A DNA stretch of 64,000 bases, taken from assembly GCA_043228905.1 (NCBI GenBank), contig JBHGNT010000003.1:15004001-15068000 (forward strand), written 5' to 3'. The DNA is from Azolla caroliniana (taxonomy: Eukaryota; Plantae; Polypodiophyta). This document shows, in pieces, positions 21,453 through 34,490 of this stretch (positions are counted from its first letter, which is position 1; each line of letters opens with the position of its first letter). Under the pieces are notes generated by a model. It was given only the letters and a program-made list of their open reading frames with translations, was not told the origin of the DNA and did not search any database. A program made the position numbers and the translations under genes.

Positions 21453-24325
21453 CATGCAATGTAACAGTTTATTCTGAATAGTTACAATACAATAGAGGCA
21501 ATGGCTCTCTCACAATAGCAACAACCACAAACTAGGTTACAGAGCCCATTATGTACTAATTGGGCTAGGGCAACTGCCCTTTGATATATTTACAGAATTG
21601 TTCGAAATCTAATTCGTCCAAGGTACAATGTGAATATGGCCATTATAGACCAGTATTCGACACACCCTTGTAATAGGCGTATACAACGGAAATCTGTAAT
21701 AAAGAGAGCAAGTAGACAATTCAAATTTTTACAAGGTAGCCAAACAAATCAGATTTCTATTCGAGTCGGCAAATTCCAAAAAACAGGAGGCCAAATCGGT
21801 CGGGGTCGGAGGAGTTGAGACCGAACTGCGAACTATTGATGATGATTGTTTGAAACCATCTCGAGTGTCTGACTCAATTAGATTGATTCTTCATTATACC
21901 CATCTAGTGCCGAAGGGATCTGAATCGATCTGCAGAAAGACACTTGGACATCCCATCTGCGACATTATCGGCTATAGGTATCTTCTCGAGGCCGATTTTC
22001 CCTGAAATGACGTAGTCTCGAACAAAGTGATATCGATAGGCTTAGAGGTGTTGTGATGAACCGGGTTTTTCAATAGAGCAACAACACCTTGATTGTCATT
22101 GCAGACAACTAGAGCCGAGTCGAAGTCGACTTGTTGAAACATGTGCGTTAGCCGACTGAGCCAGAAGGCCTCTTTTGCCATATCGGACGCGACTACTTAT
22201 TTGACCTCGGTCGTTGATGTGGAAGTGCACTCCTATAGTTTTGATTTCCACGAAATTGCTCCATTGCTGAATTTGAAGTAGTATCTAGTTGTTGATTTTC
22301 GGTTGTCCACACATCCAGCAAAATCTGAATCAATGTAACTGACTACACCTGAGTTTTTGTTCGGACTTAAGCGAATACCAAGGTCTTGTGTGACCACTAG
22401 ATATCTAAACACATGCTTTACTGCGTTCCAATGCGATCGGTCAGGGTTGTGCATGAATTTGCTTACGAATCCAATGGCATGAGCAATATCAGGCCGTCTC
22501 GCAACCATCACGTACATCAAGGAGCCGATTGCCAGTGCATATCTTCCCCCTCTGAATTGGATGTCGAACGGGGAGCGGGGTCGAAGTAGATTTGGCCGAT
22601 TGCATGTTGAAGTGCTCTAAGACACGCCTGATGTAGTCGGCTTGAGACAACAATAGTTGTCGTCCATTTCGGAGCCGACTAATCTTTATACCAAGAATGT
22701 GTCGAGCATGATCTAGGTCCCTCATTGTGAACTTCAACCGCAGTTGCCGACCAAGATCAGCAAGTTCTCCAACATGCCTGCCAGATAGTAGCATGTCATC
22801 CACATATAAGATGAGGAAGATGGGTTACTCGTTTTGAGCTGTTTTCGTGAAAAGACAGTGGTCCTCATAGCTCTTAGAGAAGCTGATTGATTGGATAAAA
22901 TCGTCGAACTTGTTATACCATTTCCACGGTGCCTATTTAAGGCTGTAAAGAGTCTTCCTGAGTCGACAGACTAGATGCTCTTGGATGGCTGCAATGAAGC
23001 CTTTCGGTTGCTCCATGTAAAATTCCTCCTCTAGGTCACCATGGAGGAAGGTCATCTTCACATCTAATTGAATAAGCTCCAAATCCTTGGCTGCCACTAC
23101 GCCGAGGAGAAATCAAAGGATGGTCATTTTCACCACTGGTGAAAACATTTCGTCGATGTTGATGCCATATTCCTGTTGGAAACCCTTCGCTACTAGTCTA
23201 GCCTTGAATTTTGAGGTGGTCGAATCAGACGTTTCTTTTAATCTGTAGATCCACTTGCAAGGAATAGCATACAATTGATTTTTTGGTAGTTTGACCAAAT
23301 CCCAAGGTTTATTTGCCCGAATGGAGTTCATTTCCGACTCCATTGCCAAATGCCATGTGGCCGAATTGGCTGATGTCGATGCTTCTTCATATGACGTCGG
23401 TTCACCGGCATTTGTAAAGAAGATTCCAGGAGAGTACCCCTCCGGGGGTTGCGAGAGTCTCTCAGATCTTTGAGGTATGACTAGACTAGTCGCATTTGGT
23501 CCAAAGAAGAATGTTCACCTTTACTAAGTCGGTGCTAGAGGTTTCGGCTACCTGTGAAGCCGACCTTGTGTTATGAACTAGGCCTTCATGAAGTGTTGGT
23601 ATGTGTAAGAAAACTACCCTTTGGACTTCAATAGGCCTTTTGGCCGTTTTATGCTTAGCCAACTCATTGAACACTACATCTGAACTTCAGACGATCTGTT
23701 TGTGCTCGGAGTCCCAGAGTCGGTATCCGAACTCGCCGTCGGGTCCATAGCCAAGGAAAATACAATTTGCAACGGCTCTAATTTGCAATGGTCGTCTTTC
23801 GGTATGAGGGCGTATGCCTCGCATCCAAAAATCCTTAGCTTATCGTAATTCGGCTTTTTGCCGATCGATAATTCCTGAGGTACTTGAAGTCCTAGAGGCC
23901 TACTTGGCGACATAATTATGTGTACTGCCGTAAGTAGGGCCTCCGCCCAGAAGCCATCCGACAGTCCGGAGTATTGGAGCATGGATACTATCCGTTCTTG
24001 AATTGTCCGATTCATGCACTTGGCAATTCCGTTCAGCTCCGAACTATAGGGTGCCATGTATTCACGTCGAATGCCATGCATTCGACAAAATTTGATGAAT
24101 TCTTCAGACTTGAACTCTACCCCGTTGTCAGTTCGAAGGCATTTCAACTTTCAACCAGATTGGTTCTCTACAATGGCAAGCCATTCCTGGAAGATCAAGA
24201 ACACTCGATCTTTGGTTCTCGGATAAGCCCACACCTTCCGAGTCGATTCATCAATGAAATTGACGAAGTACAAGGCAATGCTGAAAGACTAATGTGGCTT
24301 AGGACTGCAAAGATCCGAGTGAACC

Positions 24326-27300
24326 TGTAAAGAATCGATGGTGATTCTTGTGCAGCGGAATAGATTAGAGATATGTGTTGTGAGTGTGTATATGAGAGAG
24401 AGAGAGAGAGAGAGAGAAACACAAGAGAGATAGATTTTTGAAAAACAATAGAATACTCAAGACGATGTATATTACAAAGGAGATTAACTGAACTAATTAC
24501 AAAGTAGGAGGAGAGTGCTTTATATAGTCACTCTCTCTCTTCATTAACTACCGAAGCTCATGGGTCATGGGGAATGTGAAAACTCATTATTTATGTGTCA
24601 TAGAATCATATTCTATGACACATAGTTAATGTGTAGATAAGAGTGGTGACTTTTGACCTTTGAGTGCACACTCTCAAGGGTGTGTTCACACACTAGGCTA
24701 GGTTGAGCTTGATTCTCAACACGCCCCCTCAAGCTCAACTTTGGTCAGTTACTTCGGTCGATGTCCGCTTCAGCTTGTATTCGGTTCGGACGGTATCCGG
24801 TTCGTTCTCGCTTGTACTCCCCCCTCAAGCTTGGCAAGTCAGGGACCGTCAATCCAAGGTTTGACAGGAATTGCTGAAGCTTGTCAGCTCCTAGAGCTTC
24901 GGTGAAGATGTCAGTTGTCTGAAGATTCGTAGTGATATGTTGAAGGTCGACATTGCCAGCTTGAACACGCTCTCGAATGAAGTGATAGTGCACTTCAATA
25001 TGCTTCGTCCATGCGTGGGAAACCGGGTTCCGAGCCAGATAAATACTGCTCATGTTGTCGCAGTAAAGGGGAATTGGATCTTTGATGGGAATGCCCAAAT
25101 CCGTCAATATCCTCTTAAGCCATATGACTTCCCGTGTAGCCACCGTCGAGCCCCTGTATTCGGCCTCTGTGCTCGAAAGAGCGACTGTTGGTTGCTTCTT
25201 GCTACTCCAGGATGGCTCCACTTCCGAGGGAGAAGACGAAACCAGAGGTTGATCGTCGGTCGGCTTTGTAGCCTGCCCACTCGGCATCTATGTACCCCTC
25301 GAGTTGAATTGGCGTGGCCGACTTATAGAGAATGCCATAGTCCATCATTCTGCTCACATATCGTAGCACTCTCTTAGCACAATCCAAATGGATATCTCGT
25401 GGCGTTTGCATGAACTGGCTAAGAAGGCCGACCGGATAGGTCTGGTCTGGTTGAGTGATCATGAGGTAGATAAGACTATCGATCAGTTGTCAATACTGAG
25501 TCGGCTCACACTCTGTGGTGCCAGAATTGGCATCTACTTTGAGGTTTCGGTCGAGAGGTGTTGCCACAGACTTGCACTCAGTCATCCCGAACTTGTATAA
25601 CAAGTTGAGAAGGTAGTGCTGTTGGGTGATCATAATCCTGGCTGGAGTCCGAATTACCTCGATGCCAAGGAAGTAGTGGAGCTCTTTCATGTTCGTCATC
25701 TCGAATTCGTTGGAAAGGAGGGATTTGACCTTGTTGATGTCGACTAGATGGTCATCTCCAATGACCAGATCATCTATGTACGGGTTGATGACGATCAGAC
25801 TTTCGGAATCGCTTCTTACATAGAGAGAATTGTCCGAATTTGACATTCGGAAGCCGATTCGATAAAGATATTGTGTTATCTTCGAGTGCCAAGCATGTGG
25901 TTCTTGCTTAAGACCATAGAGAGGCTTCTTGAGTCGGCAGATGGCTTTTGGATGAATGTTGGATTCGAAGCTGGGTGGTTGTACCATGTACACCTCCTCT
26001 TCTAATTCGCCTTGAAGAAAAGCGTTCTTGAGATCCATCTGGTGGAGGTGCCACCCTTTCACTGCTGCAAGCGCTATCATGGTTCACACGGTTGTCATCT
26101 TTGCCACTGGGGCAAAGGTCTCTTCATAGTCGACGCCCTGTGTTTGTGGGTAGCCCTTTGCTATGAGTCGAGCTTTGTAGCGATTGATGGAACCGTCAGA
26201 ATTATACTTCACTTTGTATATCCATCTACAACCGATTGCCTTCTTGTGCGGTGAGTGAGGGACGAGATCCCATGTCTCATTCTTGCTGAGAGATTGCATC
26301 TCCTCGTTCATTGCTTTGACCCATCGTAGATCTTTACCGGCTTCGGCAAAGCTCTCCGGTTCTCGAATTGTTGCCACCTTCATCATAAAGGCATAGTGGT
26401 ATGCCATATAGTCGTTGTAGCCGAATCGGCTAACTAGATTCTTCTCTCGGGTGGAGTGACGGAGTTTCTCATTTGCCGGTGTGAGTGCTTTCTCAACTCC
26501 GGGTGACCTCATAAGAGGCACATCAAAGCCTCATAAGAGTGAATGAGTCGATTCGTTGCTATCAAAGTGATCGTCTTCATATTCTGGCATTTTGGGCTTC
26601 CCTTTGTCCATCTTTGGACTTAGCCGAGATGAGTTTTGGTTGCTCGGAGGATGTTGTGGTCCGCGCAATCTGGTTGAGATCGGACTCTCTTCGAGTATTG
26701 ACCTTAGTTGATCATCGTCTTCAGTGTTGTCGAGGTCGTTTGTAGAGGGTTTGGGAGGAGTCGGCTCGGGTTTGTACCATGATGTCGATTTGTCAAAGAT
26801 GACATCCCGACTTACACGAGTCTTCCGAGTAGAAGGGTTGAAGCACTTGTACCCCTTTTGCTCTAGTGAGTACCCCACGAGGATGCATTTCTTTGATTTT
26901 GGGTCAAGCTTTTGCCGCTTCTCATTGGGAATGTGCACGTATACAATGGAGCCAAATATCCTTACATGGGATAGATCCGTCTTCTTCCCATAGTATTTCT
27001 CGTGCGTGGGGACCTCTTGCACTCCGGATGTTGTGCACCGGTTGATGAGGTAGACAACGGTATTTGTAGCCTCTACCCAATATGACTTAGGCATATGCTT
27101 CTCGTTGAGCATGGCCCGTGCTACCTCGAGGATGTGCCGATTCTTTCATTCGGCTACACCATTCTGTTGTGGTGTGTGTCCGCAAGTGAATTCTCGCCGA
27201 ATTCCTTCTTTTCGAAGATATGCAGTGAATGCATCGGAGAAGTATTCCTTTCCTTTGTCTAACCGAAGGCATCGTACATGACGCCCAGTTGTCTTTTCGA

Positions 27301-29088
27301 CTTCTCTTTTGAATTTTTGGAAGTGTGTAAACACTTCACTCTTCATCCTCATGAGGAAGATCTATGTGTATCTAGAGCAGTCATCGATGAAGGTAACATA
27401 GTACCGACATCCTCCGAACGTAGCCGTTTGTGCCGGTCCCCACACACCCGAGTGGACTACGTCCAATTGGCCTTTGCTCACGTTCCTCTCCTTCGGGAAC
27501 GGGTGCCGATGTTGCTTGCCGAATTGGCATGCTTCACATACTCCTTCAATCTCTTTCTCTTTGAAGGTCGGGAGCCCGATGACGACTCCTTTCGATTGCA
27601 TCTCCGTGAGTTTGTTGAGATTGATATGGACGATTCTTTTATGCCATAGCTCTATGTCGGTGTCGGATTTGAGGCCCTTTGTGTACATGGTCGATTTCCC
27701 CTCGTTTGACTCGAGGATAAACATTCTACCTTCCATTCGACCCCGAGTGATGAGTCGGCCTTCCTTCTCGAAGAAGCAACCACCTTGGTTGAATCGAACT
27801 TGCATCCCTTGCTCCACTATTTGGCCGACCAAGACCAAATTCTTCGTTATGGTGGGTACATGTAATACATTTTTTATGCAAGTTTGTTCGCCGTCTTCCC
27901 CAAATGGGACGTTGCCAATATGTCGAATAGGATGAGTGGTGTCATCTCCGGTCTCGACATAACCGGGTCGATCCAACTCTCGTAAGTCTCGGAACCATTC
28001 TTGACGGGACGTCATATGGTTCAAAGCACTGGAGTCGACGGACCATACATCTTCCGGATTTGAGGCATTAGTCGAAGTAGAGGCCGACATAGAATTTTCT
28101 CTATGTCTCATCACCAACATTCCTCCAAGGTCTTCATAATCAGAGTTGGTGGCGTAATTGGTGAGTTGTCGGCTTGTGGAAGCCGACTCACGCTTCTTCT
28201 TTCGGTGCTCTTCTTCATGGTGGCCAATTTTTTCCACAATCACCGCATTCGATCGCGTTTTGTCGACTCGAACCGGAATGGAAGCTCCCCCTTCTTCTGA
28301 AGGTTCCTCGATGGCTTCCGTCTTGTTGCCGAATTTGGGAGTTGTTGTCGTAAGTCGGACCTCGTCCGCTGCCTCTTCCTTGGCCGAATCGGCCTTTTGC
28401 TCGGCCGCGTCCTCTTCCTCCATTCGAATGCGTGTAGAGCATGTGGCCTTCTGAGGTGTTGCTCCTTGTTCGAACATGATTCTCTTCGACCAATAACATA
28501 GATTGAAGATCAAAGAAAGAGGGAGGATTCTCCCTTGCTAGGACGACGGTTCTCATTGAGCCGAACCGTGGTGCAAGGCCGTCGAGGCATATTTGCACCA
28601 TCTCATCATCATCCACATTGACGCTTATTGAGCCGAGCGAGTCACAAAGCTTCTTGATCCTCAAGGTGTAGCTTGTGATGGACATGTCCTGTTGTTGGAT
28701 GTTGTTCAACTCTTGGCGGAGTTGAAGCATCCTCGTGGTCGTGTTGGCGGCGAAAATCTTTTGTAGATTTTCCCACGCTTCCTTCGGCTTCTTCGCTTCT
28801 CGAATGTAATCGAGCATGTGGTCGTGAACACATGTTGTCAAGCAATACATTACTCGACTCGCCGCTTGCTCCCATGTTGAGTAGTTGGCGTCTTTTGGGT
28901 CGGGTCGATTTTCTTGTGCTCCCTAGATGTAACCCCAATAGCCTTGGCCGACAAGGTATTGGTGCATCTTGTACTCCCAAGATGCGAAGTTGTTTCGGTC
29001 CAACTTCTCGCTAGGGAGAGCGCTTCCCATTTGAGTATTCATGGTGTTTGACTTCTCGCTAGAGATATGTGTTGTGAGTGTGTGTGTG

Positions 29089-29123
<35 letters not shown>

Positions 29124-29407
29124 CAAGATAGATAGATTTTTGAAAAACAATAGAATACTCAAGACGATGTATATTACAAAGGAGATTAACCGAACTAATT
29201 ACAAAGTAGGAGGAGAGTGCTTTAAATATAGTCACTATCTCTCTTCATAGTCATGGGGAATGTGAAAACTCATTAGTTATGTGTCATAGAATATGATTCT
29301 ATGACACATAGTTAATGTGTAGCTAAGAGTGGTGACTTTTGACCTTTGAGTGCACACTCTCAAGGGTGTGTTCACACACTAGGCTAGGTTGAGCTTGTTT
29401 CTCAATA
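24326..29407 (-). mobile_element. Copia element E, nested in the B integrase; degenerate gag-pol; PBS deleted
   Basis: LTRs 24326-24721 and about 29060-29407. TSD GAACC/GGACC (1 mismatch) splits the host motif DLVHSD. gag KLDRNNFASW, RT HQMDLKNAFL, RH WSSKKQPTVALSS. Confidence 0.9.
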
Positions 29408-30007
29408 GGACCAAATCGAGTGGTCTCGATTTTGTCGGTGCCGCAGTCGGGTGCGATGCGGCTATCTGTTTGCCATTTTGCAATGCTCACAGAATTGATG
29501 ATCGGAGAAGGAGAGTTTGGGGATGTATTCGGATCTAGATATATGCGTAATGTTTGCCTTGTTGAGGTGTCCAAGGCGTCCGTGCCATAATGAGAACACA
29601 CGAATATCTACCAGGAACAAGTCACCCTCTCTAAGTATGACGTATAGCGGGTATAGTGAATGTAATTTCAGTCCTCGAGCAAGCAGGAGGTTCCCCCTCT
29701 GGAGTGTCCACCCTTTTGTCGAGAAGTTGGCATGGATGCCATCTTCTTCAAGGTGTGCGATTGAGATCAATGGTCTTTGTTACCGGCCGGCAAAGGAGTC
29801 CAGAGTGGGAAACAGAGAGCTAATTTAGTAGTAGGAATGTGGTTGTAATTAAGCTATGAGTGTGGACGGACGGACCGGAATCGGTATGCCGTTCCGGATC
29901 CGGACCGATCCCGAACAGGTGTGGATGGCACTGTTTTGTAATATAGACCGGAAACCTATTTAAAGGCCCGGATACAATGTAATAGTGAGCGGTTAATTAA
30001 TGAAAGC

Positions 30008-32392
30008 TTAAGTGTTGTTATATCTCTGTGTCAATTGCCGTTCTGTCTTATCTGCTGTCGTCTCCGTAGTGACTCGAAACAGCTCCGCATCCGGAAACTC
30101 ATCCGATACTTCGTCACCCGTCTCTCCGGACTCCAATCGGCTTAAGTAATCCGCTACGGCATGCTGTATACCGGGTCGGTGGAATATTTCAAACTCGAAC
30201 TCCTGTAACAGTAAGGTCCACCGGGCCAATTTGCCGGTGAGTGACGCCTTGGACACCAGGTAAAGGAGTGTTGAATGATCTACATGGAAGGAAAACTTCC
30301 TTCCCAATAAATAGTGCTGAAACTTTGTCACATTGTAGATCATTCCCAGAGCTTCCCGTTCCGTAGTAGAGTAGTTCCGTTCTGCTTGGGATAGCTTCCG
30401 GCTGGCATAGTACACTGGCCGGTACCACTTTGGTTCCGTAAGCTGCATCAGTACGCTTCCGATTGCGATGTCGGAGGCGTCCACGAACACGTGAAATTCT
30501 TTACTCCAATCCGGAGGTTGTACTACCGGTGCCTGCGACAATAGTACCTTGAGGGCCTTATACGCCCTATCCTCAGTATCGGTGCACTGGAATGGTGTCC
30601 GATGTACGACAGCATGTAACGGTGTAGCCAGGTCGGCCAAGTATCGGAGCATCCGGCTGTGCCACCGGATCTGGCCTAAGAACTGGCTCAATGCCTTTGC
30701 CGTTGCCAGCGCCGGTGCTTCTAATATAGCTTTCACTTTGTCCGGGTAGACTGCTATACCTTCCTGGCTTACGATATGTCCTAATAAAGTTCCATTGGAC
30801 ACGCCAAATACACACTTTGCCGGATTCAAGCTTAGCCGGTACGCTCTACACTTTTCTAGACAAAGACGGAGATGCTGAAAATGATCCTCCTCCCGGCTAT
30901 AGACGGCGAAATCGTCAAGGAAAACCTGCATAAAAGCCGGTATATATTCACCAAAGATTTCCATGGTGATTCTTTGAAACGTTGTCCGTGCTGTTTTGAG
31001 TCCGAACATCATCACCACGGCCACAAACACCCCCCATTCGGTGACGAATGCCGTTTTCTCTTGGTCGTTGGGGTGCATCCGGATCTGATTATATCCGCTG
31101 AATCCGTCTAGGAAGCTATAGACCTCATGGCCGGCGACGGCATCCAACACTCCATCTGTGAACGGAAGTGGAAACGCATCCGTTACCGTAGCCGCATTGA
31201 GTTTCCGGTAGTCCACGCAAACTCGAATTTTTCCGTTCTTCTTCGGTACGACTACGATCGGGCTCAGCCATGTCGCTTTCTTTACCGGACGGATAAAGCC
31301 AACTCTTAGCAGTTTGTCGATTTCTTCCTTGACCTTGGCAGCATAATTGGGATTCATTCGGTACCGTCTTTGTGCCACTGGTTTTGCGTCCTTACTCAAG
31401 TGCACTTGATGCTGGTATAACTGAGGGCCGAGTCCTCGCATGTCTTCGTATGACCAGGCGAATACGTCGCGAAATTCCGTGAGAAGTGTTATCATCGCTG
31501 TTTTGTCTCCGGACTTCATCTCCTTGGCGATGTGCACCGGTTTTGCTTCGTCCGTAGTGCCTAAATTCACCTCTTCCAATTGCGATGCTTTTACGCACTG
31601 TGAAACGGCCATTTCCCGTTCCAACGCTTCTTGCGCTTGCCGTAACTCCCGGATTGTGTCTTTATCCGGTTCTGCTTCCGCCTCTTCCGGTTGCGGTAAG
31701 TACGGTGCTACGGCTTCGGCAATGTCAATTTCGAAGAGGGGTATGATCTTCGGGTTTTCCTGCAGGTATTGAGCTTCTTCTTCGTCCGCTAACCCTTCGA
31801 GCATGTTGACGCATTCTGCATACAACGGTGTACATTCCTTGCCAGTACTCCTCCTTGGCTGTGTTGGTACCCGTACCTTGGCTTTTCCTCGCCGGAAGGT
31901 AATTATATTTTTCCGCCAATTCTGTTTGATATGTGCCGTTTTCAACCATGGCCGCCCCAGCAATAGTGGGTATGCGCCTTGTGCCTGTAATTGTAGTACT
32001 ATGGCCGAGATGTGAAATGTATGCCCGCCGACGGTGACTTCTAATTTCCGTATTAATCCTGTCGGCCGCACTGAGCTTGTATCGGCCATCCGCAACCAGA
32101 ACGGACACGGCTCCCACTCGTGGATTCCTAGTTCCTCACACGTCTGGAGGCTTATTACATTTACCCCAGAGCCTCCGTCTATAACTGTGTCGGGGAGTTC
32201 TTTCCCTTTTACAATGGTAGTGATTACCGAACTGCTGGTGTCTACCACTGTTGGTCCCTCCTCCGGATTCGAGAAGAGTACCGGTGCCGGTGATGGTTCT
32301 CCTGCCGTCATGGCCATCTTCAGTCCTTCTGTGAATCTAGGCACGAGTTGGAGGAGTCTTCCTAGTGGTAACGTAATCTGGCATTCTTGCAA
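30008..32392 (-). CDS. Element F PR-RT-RNase H ORF, truncated before integrase
   Basis: VIDGGSGVN, VDYRKLN, FLDGFSGYNQI, FLDD, VFVDASD, EREALG, VADYLSR. The last ~14 codons are read from the inverted LTR arm. Confidence 0.9.
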   Translation of the reverse strand: MQECQITLPLGRLLQLVPRFTEGLKMAMTAGEPSPAPVLFSNPEEGPTVVDTSSSVITTIVKGKELPDTVIDGGSGVNVISLQTCEELGIHEWEPCPFWLRMADTSSVRPTGLIRKLEVTVGGHTFHISAIVLQLQAQGAYPLLLGRPWLKTAHIKQNWRKNIITFRRGKAKVRVPTQPRRSTGKECTPLYAECVNMLEGLADEEEAQYLQENPKIIPLFEIDIAEAVAPYLPQPEEAEAEPDKDTIRELRQAQEALEREMAVSQCVKASQLEEVNLGTTDEAKPVHIAKEMKSGDKTAMITLLTEFRDVFAWSYEDMRGLGPQLYQHQVHLSKDAKPVAQRRYRMNPNYAAKVKEEIDKLLRVGFIRPVKKATWLSPIVVVPKKNGKIRVCVDYRKLNAATVTDAFPLPFTDGVLDAVAGHEVYSFLDGFSGYNQIRMHPNDQEKTAFVTEWGVFVAVVMMFGLKTARTTFQRITMEIFGEYIPAFMQVFLDDFAVYSREEDHFQHLRLCLEKCRAYRLSLNPAKCVFGVSNGTLLGHIVSQEGIAVYPDKVKAILEAPALATAKALSQFLGQIRWHSRMLRYLADLATPLHAVVHRTPFQCTDTEDRAYKALKVLLSQAPVVQPPDWSKEFHVFVDASDIAIGSVLMQLTEPKWYRPVYYASRKLSQAERNYSTTEREALGMIYNVTKFQHYLLGRKFSFHVDHSTLLYLVSKASLTGKLARWTLLLQEFEFEIFHRPGIQHAVADYLSRLESGETGDEVSDEFPDAELFRVTTETTADKTERQLTQRYNNT

Positions 32393-32399
32393 CGCCTGC

Positions 32400-34490
32400 C
32401 ATGTCTCGTTCTCGGAGTGACTACCGTCGGCAAGCCCTGCGGTGTTCTCCTTTTGCTGTTGTAAGTCTGTGACATTCTGCTCGTTTGCTTTCTTTACCCA
32501 TTCCGTTGCTTATTTGCGGATGGTCTCCTGTGTCTCCCATTCTTTGGCCATGCCCTTCGATCTTGTGGTCACCTGCTGCAGGTCTGCCACCTCAGGGACT
32601 ACCATATTTACCGTCGGTCGTTTTTCATAGCTCTTCACCGGGCATTGGTTACTATAATGGCCTTCCTGTCTACAGTAGTAGCAGTAGGCTTTCCGGGCAT
32701 TGCTAGATTCGGCATTGTCTATTGTACCCGGGGTAGGTCCTACGGTACGCGCGGGGTTTTGTACCGGTTGGCTACTTGGAGCGCCTTGTTCCGGATCCCG
32801 GGGGTAGCCGCCTTTTTTAAAATGCCGTTTTTTGTTAAAGTTCTTCTTATTACGGTACTCTTGACGGGGTTGCCCGTTATATCAGCCGTATTCCTCCCGT
32901 TGCTGACGATACCCGGGGGAGTGCTCCCGGTCGTACTGTTCGTATCGTCTATTGTAATCCTGGTGCCGATCATGCCGGTCATAGTTATCTCGTCGATCAC
33001 CGTACCAGACATCATTTTCCCGTCGCTCGCCGTACCGGACATTATTTTCCCGTCGCTCGCCATACCGGACATCATTTTCCCGTCGCTCACCATACCAGAC
33101 ATCCTGTGCCGGTCGGTCACGGTCCATTCGCCGCCAGCGTTCGTCTTCTTCATCCCGGGTGCTGCGTGGCTCAATTTGTTGGACGGGCAGTGCTTGCCGA
33201 GTCAACAGATTATACTCGCACCTATCCGTCGTATGGCTCTTGGACTGACAGATTACACATTGCGTCCTCATAGTGCATTCTAGAGCCGAGTGTCCGGAAT
33301 TCAAGCAGGTTGTGCACTGTATTGCTTGCCGAAACCGGAGGTCTTCATCGGACGGTAACGCCCGTTGAAGTGCGCCCAGTGTGAGCCAGGAGCTTGTCTT
33401 TTCCATCTCTTTCACCCGGTCAATGACCTGGTCGATTGTACTTGTACGGAAATCGATTACCGTGCAAACCGTGCGTAGGGGTTCCCGAGCGCGTTTAGGA
33501 ATATCGTCCGTAATTCCTCCTCCGGGGGTGCACGGGTAAGCTGACTATGCATTCGTTGAAACCGGATGACAAATTGGGGAATGCTCTCCCCTGCCTCTTG
33601 CCGGATAGTATAAAATAAGCCTACCATTACGGTCTAGTCCACCTCATTTTGAAAGAAATGCATGAATTTAGCTTTTAAATCTGCAAAGGTGTTGATGGTA
33701 GATGGGTCCTGCGTCCGGCGCCATCTTGCTGCCGGTCCCTCCAATGTGACGCCAAACTCTGCTATCTTAGAGCGTTCTTCTTCCTCCGGTGTCAGTCGTT
33801 GAGACACATGGTTGGCTTCCCATGTCTGTTCAAATGCGTGCACATGAGCTTCTGCGTCCGGATCATCTCTATACTTAGAGTACTGGAACGGCATGTCGTC
33901 GTCCAGTATCGGTGCGCGGGCTGGTAGTGTTGGTGCTCGTTCCGGAATTTTCTCCGGTGTTAGTGGTCTTTCCCGATTTGATTCCGGTGTCGGTTGTTTC
34001 TCTTCCGCTGGTGATGGAGGCCTCTCCTCCTCGACTTCCGATGTCGGAGGTCATTCTTCTTCTGCTGGTTCCGGGGGTTCCAGCGTTAGTACTTCCGGTT
34101 CCGGTTCCGGTGTCGGTAAGGTATCCGATCCTTCGTCCTCCAGTCCGCCCGGGGTTTCGTTGCTGCTACGGTAGTTCGTGTGCACGCTGTATTCCCCTTC
34201 GGAGTCCGATTCATATGCTGAAAAGGCCTCTGCTTCGCCTTCTCCGTTTGCCAACGCGTGGAGAAGGGATTCGGTTTCCCGGAGGCTGCTTAGGCTGTTG
34301 CCGTCGTCCGGGTGTGATGTTTGCTGTAACCAGTGGGAGTCCTCTGCTACTCTCCGGATTACGTTGGAAAACGAGCAATCCGCTCTAATTTCCTGCGCCG
34401 CTTGCTGGAAAGCCTCGCGTCTCCTTTGCCTTTCGGCAAGGCGTCGAGTTCGATCTGTAACCAGGTCGTGCGTTGATCTAGACATCCATC
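32400..34490 (-). pseudogene. Element F gag, with stops and frameshifts
   Basis: PDAEAHVHAFEQTW, TLEGPAARW; knuckles CTTCLNSGHSALEC and CVICQSKSHTTDRC. Confidence 0.8.
33001..33103. repeat. 30-bp tandem repeat (about 3.4 copies) in F gag
   Basis: Unit CGTACCAGACATCATTTTCCCGTCGCTCGC; encodes ERRENDVRYG on the minus strand. Confidence 0.9.

Noticed and set aside
33001-33103. CRISPR-like array
   Set aside because: Units are head-to-tail with no unique spacers, lie within gag, and the DNA is eukaryotic.
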